Assembly (NCBI RefSeq): GCF_902713755.1
Contig: NZ_LR744089.1
Length of the DNA: 32,000 bases
From: Candidatus Saccharimonadota bacterium
GTDB taxonomy: Bacteria > Pseudomonadota > Gammaproteobacteria > Johnevansiales > Johnevansiaceae
Direction: 5' to 3' (one strand)
The first letter of the stretch is position 1. The number at the start of each line of letters is the position of its first letter. Of this stretch, positions 21,434-32,000 are shown piece after piece. The translations under genes were made by a program, and so were the position numbers. The notes below the pieces were generated by a model, which had not been told where the DNA came from, made no database searches, and worked only from the letters and a program-made list of their open reading frames with translations.

Positions 21434-21439
21434 ATTTTT

Positions 21440-21559
21440 GCTATTAAGCTATTAAGCTATTAAGCTATTAAGCTATTAAGCTATTAAGCTATTAAGCTAT
21501 TAAGCTATTAAGCTATTAAGCTATTAAGCTATTAAGCTATTAAGCTATTAAGCTATTAA
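21440..21559. repeat. Perfect tandem array, 15 x 8 nt (GCTATTAA on +; TTAATAGC on the coding strand)
   Basis: I counted the units directly: 15 identical units covering 21440-21559 with no variant positions. The last unit contains the argF stop codon (21556-21558). Confidence 0.98.
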
Positions 21560-22563
21560 CTTAAGGTTGCTACCATAATTGATTTGATTGTGTGTATTCT
21601 ATTTTCAACTTGATCAAAAGATATATTATATGATGATTCAAAAATTTCATCAGTAATTTCAAAACCATTAACTAATTTTTTTATAAAATCATTTTTGAAT
21701 AATTTTTTTATAATTAATGTTTCATTATTATGAAATGATGGTAAACAATGCATTACTTTTACTTTATAATTATTAGTAGCTTTTATAATTTCTTTATTTA
21801 TTTGATATTTTGAAAGACTTTTAATTCTTTCACACCATACCTCTTCACTTTCTCCCATTGATACCCAAACATCAGTATATATAAAATCTACATTTTTTAC
21901 AGCTATATAAGGATCTTCTACTACAAGTATTTTTGCATTATTTGTTTTTGCTATATTATTACATAAAATAAAAAATTTTTCTTCTGGCCATAATTTTTTA
22001 GGAGCAGCTATACGTATATCCATACCCATTTTTGCTCCTATTAATAATAATGATCTTCCAATATTATAACGTGCATCACCTAAATAAGCATATTTTATTT
22101 TATTTAATGATTTATTATTACTATGTTCTAACATAGTTAATACATCAGCTAAAACTTGTGTTGGATGAAATTCATTTGTTAATCCATTAAAAACAGGAAT
22201 ACCTGAATTTTTTGCTAATTCTTCTATTATTTTTTGACTATATCCTCTATATTGTATTGCGTCAAACATACGACCTAATACTTTTGCTGTATCTTTAATA
22301 GATTCTTTATATCCAATTTGTGAAGATTTAGAATCAATATAAGTTACATTAGCACCTTGATCCTTAGCTGCTATTTCAAAAGCACAACGAGTTCTAGTTG
22401 ATGGTTTTTCAAAAATCAATGCTATATTTTTACCTTTTAATCTAGGATATTCATTTCCTATATATTTTGACTGTTTTAAATAACGTGCTAAATTTATTAA
22501 ATAATTAATTTCTTCTTTTGTATGATTTATTAAACTTAAAAGATTCCTATTACGTAAATTCAT
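21556..22563 (-). CDS. argF: Ornithine carbamoyltransferase
   Basis: 335-aa ORF with STRTRCAFE (carbamoyl-phosphate binding), HPTQ, DVWVSMG (the ornithine-binding SMG loop) and HCLP. The latter two distinguish OTCase from ATCase. AAGGAA lies 8 nt upstream of the ATG. Confidence 0.93.
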   Translation of the reverse strand: MNLRNRNLLSLINHTKEEINYLINLARYLKQSKYIGNEYPRLKGKNIALIFEKPSTRTRCAFEIAAKDQGANVTYIDSKSSQIGYKESIKDTAKVLGRMFDAIQYRGYSQKIIEELAKNSGIPVFNGLTNEFHPTQVLADVLTMLEHSNNKSLNKIKYAYLGDARYNIGRSLLLIGAKMGMDIRIAAPKKLWPEEKFFILCNNIAKTNNAKILVVEDPYIAVKNVDFIYTDVWVSMGESEEVWCERIKSLSKYQINKEIIKATNNYKVKVMHCLPSFHNNETLIIKKLFKNDFIKKLVNGFEITDEIFESSYNISFDQVENRIHTIKSIMVATLS

Positions 22564-22577
22564 TTGTTTATTTCCTT

Positions 22578-25243
<2,666 letters not shown>

Positions 25244-25259
25244 AATATTACCTATATTT

Positions 25260-26780
25260 TTATTTAAATTTTTCTAATATTTGTTTAAATTTTTCTATAT
25301 ACTCTTCTTTACCATTATTATTTATCAAAATTATTAATTTCTTATAATTTAAATTAAAATAATTTATTAATGCTTTTTCAAATGAAAAAATTTTATTTAT
25401 ATCATATTCATGCAAATAATCTTTATTTGCAGCATACAATAATATTGATATTTCAGCAACACTCATTGTATTAAATTGTTTTTGTTTCATTAGTTCCGTT
25501 ATACGTTTACCTTTTTCTATTTGTTTTTTAGTTATTTCATCTAATTCTGAACTAAATTGTGCAAATGATTCTAATTCTCTATATTTAGCTAAAGATAAAC
25601 GTATACCTGCTCCTAATTTTTTTATAATTTTAGTTTGTGCTGTACCCCCAACTCTAGATACTGATAATCCAACATTTATTGCTGGTCTTATACCAGTATT
25701 AAATAAATTTGTTTCAAGAAATATTTGACCATCTGTTATAGAAATCACATTTGTTGGAATAAATTCTGATACATCTCCACCTTTGGTTTCTATTATTGGT
25801 AAAGCTGTTAATGACCCTGTGGTTTGTATTTTACCTTTCGTATTTTTAATAACATAATTTTCATTGACACGGGAAGCTCTTTCTAATAATTTTGAATGTA
25901 TATAAAAAATATCACCCGGATAAGCTTCTCTTCCTGGTGGTCTTTTTAATAACAATGATATTTGTCTATACGCCCAAGCTTGTTTTGTTAAATCATCATA
26001 TACAATTAATGCATTTTGTCCTCTATCACGAAAGTATTCTCCCATCGTACAACCTGTATAAGGGACTAAATATTGCATTATAGCTGGATCTGATGCTGCC
26101 GCAACAACTACTATGGTATATTTCATAGCTCCATATTTTTCAAAAATTTTTACAGTTTTTACAATATTAGATTTTTTTTGACCTATAGCAACATATATAC
26201 ATATTATATCTTTGTTTTTTTGATTTATAATCATATCCATAACAAGAGATGTTTTGCCTACATTTCTATCACCAATAATTAATTCCCTTTGCCCCAAACC
26301 TATTGGTATCATTGAATCTATTGCTTTTATACCTGTATTTAACGGCTGATTTACAGTTTTTCTAAAAATTACACCTGGCGCTATTTTTTCAATAAAATCA
26401 GTTTGTTTTGTTTTTATTTTTCCTTTACCATCTATAGCATTTCCTAATGTGTCTAACACTCTACCAATTAATTCTAATCCCACGGGTACTTTTAATAATT
26501 TACCTGTACATTTACATTTCATTCCTTCTGAAAGATTCTTATAATCTCCTAATATAACTATACCTACATTATTACGTTCAATATTAAATACTAATCCAAT
26601 AATATTATCAATAAATTCTATTATTTCACCATACATAGCATCATATAATCCATATACACGAACAATTCCATCAAATACATTAATAATTATTCCTTCATTT
26701 TTCAATTCTAATTTTAACTTAATATTTTTAATTTCTTTTTTTATTATATTACTAATTTCATAAAACTTTAATTTTTTCAT
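25260..26780 (-). CDS. atpA: F1 ATP synthase alpha subunit
   Basis: 506-aa ORF with [15 protein letters not shown] (Walker A), [35 protein letters not shown]. Confidence 0.99.
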   Translation of the reverse strand: MKKLKFYEISNIIKKEIKNIKLKLELKNEGIIINVFDGIVRVYGLYDAMYGEIIEFIDNIIGLVFNIERNNVGIVILGDYKNLSEGMKCKCTGKLLKVPVGLELIGRVLDTLGNAIDGKGKIKTKQTDFIEKIAPGVIFRKTVNQPLNTGIKAIDSMIPIGLGQRELIIGDRNVGKTSLVMDMIINQKNKDIICIYVAIGQKKSNIVKTVKIFEKYGAMKYTIVVVAAASDPAIMQYLVPYTGCTMGEYFRDRGQNALIVYDDLTKQAWAYRQISLLLKRPPGREAYPGDIFYIHSKLLERASRVNENYVIKNTKGKIQTTGSLTALPIIETKGGDVSEFIPTNVISITDGQIFLETNLFNTGIRPAINVGLSVSRVGGTAQTKIIKKLGAGIRLSLAKYRELESFAQFSSELDEITKKQIEKGKRITELMKQKQFNTMSVAEISILLYAANKDYLHEYDINKIFSFEKALINYFNLNYKKLIILINNNGKEEYIEKFKQILEKFK

Positions 26781-26791
26781 AATATATTACC

Positions 26792-27316
26792 TTAATTACT
26801 ACCTATTAATGTTTTTTTTAATTGATTTAATCTACCAATTATAGAACAATCTATAACAATATTTTTTATTTTTATAATTACACCACCCATTATATTTTTT
26901 TTTATTTTTATCTTTTTTATAAAAATTTTTTTTTTAAATTTTAAACTTAAAATATTTATTATTTTTTTTTTTTGCTTTTTATTTAATATAAAAGCACTAA
27001 TAATTCTTATATTTAAAATCTTATATTGTTTTAATATTTGTTTTTCATAATATAATAAAATATAATTTATTATATTAATTTTATTATTTATTAATAATAA
27101 ATTAATTATATTTAAACTTTCTTTATCTAAATCTAAAGTTATTTTTTTATTAAAAACAAAATATTTACATATATTATTTTTTTTATAATAATTTAAAATA
27201 AAATCAATTTTTTTTATTCTATTTTTCCATTCATCTAAATCTTTTGAGCAAACTGCTAATTCCCATATTGCTTTAAAATATGGGTTATTATTTTCTAATT
27301 TTTCAGATATTTTCAT
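26792..27316 (-). CDS. atpH: F1 ATP synthase delta subunit
   Basis: 174-aa ORF in the conserved position between atpF and atpA. The sequence is very divergent and Lys/Ile-rich. The C-terminal GG..I......D.S motif is delta-like. The call is mainly positional. Confidence 0.8.
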   Translation of the reverse strand: MKISEKLENNNPYFKAIWELAVCSKDLDEWKNRIKKIDFILNYYKKNNICKYFVFNKKITLDLDKESLNIINLLLINNKINIINYILLYYEKQILKQYKILNIRIISAFILNKKQKKKIINILSLKFKKKIFIKKIKIKKNIMGGVIIKIKNIVIDCSIIGRLNQLKKTLIGSN

Positions 27317-27317
27317 A

Positions 27318-27788
27318 TTATATTTTTTTTACTAATTTTTTAAAAATTTCTTTATTTATATTTATATCTATTGAATTTTCTAATATTTTTTCTAAACCTA
27401 TTAAAGATACTTGAATTATTTTTTCATGTAAATCTTTTTTTATATTTAACATTTCTTCTTCAAAAAGTTGTTTTCTATTTTTAATTACAACTTCACTTTC
27501 TTTTTTTGATATATTTCTTACTTTTTCAAGTATATCATTATAATGTAACCGTGCTTCTTCTATTATTAAATCTGCTTCATTTTTTGCTTTACATAAAATA
27601 TATTTTGATTCTTTTTTTGCTTTATATAATTCTTTTTTTGCTATATTAGCAGCGTTTAAAGCATTAGTTATTGTTTTTTCTCTGTCTAATATATTTTTTT
27701 TTATTGGCGGCCAAATAAATTTTTTACAACACCATATTAATATAGCAAAGTTTATAACTTCACATAAAATTGTTAGATTTATATTCAT
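27318..27788 (-). CDS. atpF: F0 ATP synthase subunit b
   Basis: 156-aa ORF with one N-terminal hydrophobic helix followed by a long charged helix. Its position between atpE and atpH supports the call. There is a 1-nt gap to atpH. Confidence 0.88.
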   Translation of the reverse strand: MNINLTILCEVINFAILIWCCKKFIWPPIKKNILDREKTITNALNAANIAKKELYKAKKESKYILCKAKNEADLIIEEARLHYNDILEKVRNISKKESEVVIKNRKQLFEEEMLNIKKDLHEKIIQVSLIGLEKILENSIDININKEIFKKLVKKI

Positions 27789-27790
27789 TA

Positions 27791-27910
27791 CCTTATATTA
27801 CCTTATATTACCTTATATTACCTTATATTACCTTATATTACCTTATATTACCTTATATTACCTTATATTACCTTATATTACCTTATATTACCTTATATTA
27901 CCTTATATTA
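27791..27910. repeat. Perfect tandem array, 12 x 10 nt (CCTTATATTA on +; TAATATAAGG on the coding strand)
   Basis: I counted the units directly: 12 identical units covering 27791-27910, flanked by partial matches (ATTA at 27787-27790, CCT at 27911-27913). The array begins 2 nt upstream of the atpF ATG. Confidence 0.98.
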
Positions 27911-27950
27911 CCTACGTTTCCTACGTTTCCTACGTTTCCTACGTTTCCTA
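27911..27950. repeat. Perfect tandem array, 4.4 x 9 nt (CCTACGTTT on +; AAACGTAGG on the coding strand)
   Basis: Units at 27911-19, 27920-28, 27929-37 and 27938-46, plus a partial CCTA. It is directly contiguous with the 10-mer array and ends 7 nt from the atpE stop. Confidence 0.97.
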
Positions 27951-27957
27951 TTAACAT

Positions 27958-28188
<231 letters not shown>

Positions 28189-28212
28189 TTATCTCCATAT
28201 TTTAAATTCTAA

Positions 28213-30860
<2,648 letters not shown>

Positions 30861-30864
30861 ACAA

Positions 30865-32000
30865 TTATTTACCTATACAAAACTTTTTAAAAATTTTTTT
30901 TAAAATATTTTTTTTTATATTATATCCAATAATTTCTTCTAAATATTTTTGTATAATATATAAATTTTCAGATAACCTTTCATTACAATCATTACAATTA
31001 TTATTTATATAATAATTAATAATTTTTTCTAAATAATAAAATTGCCGGTTTTTTAAACAAAATAAATTTTCATCTTTTATTTTAGTTTGTTTTAAAATTT
31101 TTTTTTTTATATTTTGTTTTAATTTTTTTATTCCTTGTTTTGTTTTTGTTGAAATATTAATAATATTTTTATCTTGTTTTCTTTCTTTATTTTTTATTAA
31201 ATCTATTTTATTTCTTATAATAAGAACATTTTTTTTTAAATATGTTTTAAAAATATCTATATTATTTTCTTTATTATCTAATAAGATTAAAATTAAATCT
31301 GCTGTTTTTATTTCTTCAATTGCACGTTTTATTCCTATTTTTTCTATTACATTTATATTTTTTTCATCTTGTCTTATTCCAGCTGTATCAATAATACATA
31401 TGGGTATTCCATATAAAAATATATTTACTTTTAATAAATCTCTTGTTGTACCTTTAATATTTGTAATTATTGCATGATCATTTTCCGTTAAAATATTAAA
31501 TAAACTTGATTTACCTACATTAGGTTTACCTGTTATTACTATTTTTATAGTATTATTAATTAAATATCCTTTACATGATTTATTTTTTAATAAAATTAAT
31601 AAATAAAATAATTTTTTTATTTTATTTAATATATTTTTTTTGTTTAATTTTTTTTTTATTATTATTTCTTCTTTAAACTCATTTGGAAAATTTATCATTG
31701 CTTCTATATTTATACGTAAAATTATTATTTCTTTAATTATTTTTTTTATATTATTAGAAAAAATACCTTCAAACGAATTGATAGCTGTTTTTAATGTTAA
31801 TTTAGAATTTGCTTTTATTATATCAATTAAAGACTCAGCTTGTATTAAATCTATTTTATTATTAAAAAACGCTCTTTCTGTAAATTCTCCTGGTTTTGCT
31901 AATCTAGCACCTAATTTTATTATATATTGTAATAATATATCTAATATTATTTGTCCACCATGACTTTGTATTTCAAGTATATTTTCTCCTGTAAAAGAAT
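30865..32000 (-). CDS. mnmE: tRNA modification GTPase MnmE (TrmE), partial (N-terminus runs off the window)
   Basis: The ORF track starts this gene at an internal Met (31698). My hand translation of the same frame upstream to the window edge is open and gives [61 protein letters not shown]..., which is the MnmE N-terminal domain. It also has the G-domain motif [16 protein letters not shown], and the C-terminal CIGK. Confidence 0.95.
   Translation of the reverse strand, partial: SFTGENILEIQSHGGQIILDILLQYIIKLGARLAKPGEFTERAFFNNKIDLIQAESLIDIIKANSKLTLKTAINSFEGIFSNNIKKIIKEIIILRINIEAMINFPNEFKEEIIIKKKLNKKNILNKIKKLFYLLILLKNKSCKGYLINNTIKIVITGKPNVGKSSLFNILTENDHAIITNIKGTTRDLLKVNIFLYGIPICIIDTAGIRQDEKNINVIEKIGIKRAIEEIKTADLILILLDNKENNIDIFKTYLKKNVLIIRNKIDLIKNKERKQDKNIINISTKTKQGIKKLKQNIKKKILKQTKIKDENLFCLKNRQFYYLEKIINYYINNNCNDCNERLSENLYIIQKYLEEIIGYNIKKNILKKIFKKFCIGK

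Noticed and set aside
21398-21439. A sigma-54 (TGGCAG-N5-CTCCA) or sigma-70 (-35 TTGGCA) promoter in the G+C-rich spacer upstream of tRNA-Arg.
   Set aside because: The -12 element is a poor match to TTGCW. No acceptable -10 follows TTGGCA at 16-18 nt. Either would place the start site inside the tRNA. I kept it only as an unexplained duplicated motif.
21403-21455. A plus-strand mini-ORF, AGGA-ATGGAGAAACACTGCCAATGGAGAAACACATTTTTGCTATTAAGCTATTAA (16 aa).
   Set aside because: The SD-like AGGA abuts the ATG with no spacing. The ORF is antisense to the whole gene train and ends only because the array supplies stops. It is most likely chance.
21440-21559. A possible CRISPR array, because of the regularly repeated units (this also applies to 27791-27950).
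   Set aside because: The units are 8-10 nt and directly abut with no spacers. There is no leader and there are no cas genes. These are simple tandem micro/minisatellites.

Overview
This window is a gene-dense, very AT-rich segment (about one-fifth G+C by eye, not computed) of a strongly reduced proteobacterial genome. It looks like a nutritional insect endosymbiont.

Contents:
- About 30 intact housekeeping and amino-acid-biosynthesis genes: prfA, prs, rplY, trpEGDC, upp, apbC, grxD, argG, groES/EL, rpsA, aroA, pheA, gyrA, secA, argF, atpBEFHAGDC, mnmG and mnmE.
- Eight tRNA genes.
- Spacers are mostly 0-100 nt, and several gene pairs overlap (TAATG, ATGA, ATGAATAG).

Taxonomy and genetic code:
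- The local gene orders gyrA-pheA-aroA-rpsA, mnmE-mnmG-atp and prfA<>prs-rplY, plus a long Ctc-type L25, match beta- or non-enteric gammaproteobacterial synteny with genes deleted.
- The standard genetic code applies: TGG encodes Trp and TGA terminates.
- I cannot assign a species without a database search.

I see no mobile elements, CRISPR, defence or toxin systems, and no unexplained large ORFs, so I do not think this window contains a novel multi-gene system.

The unusual content is small-scale:
1. Two perfectly homogeneous short-unit tandem arrays of about 120 nt each. One is 15 x 8 nt after argF. The other is 12 x 10 nt, followed by 4 x 9 nt, and fills the atpE-atpF spacer.
2. A 17-nt tandem duplication and an in-frame 9-nt triplication in rplY, which point to a slippage-prone genome.
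3. An apbC reading frame whose stop codon lies inside the tRNA-Val anticodon loop.
4. A minus-strand block in which tRNAs alternate with coding genes.
5. Only one canonical terminator and one recognisable heat-shock-type promoter.
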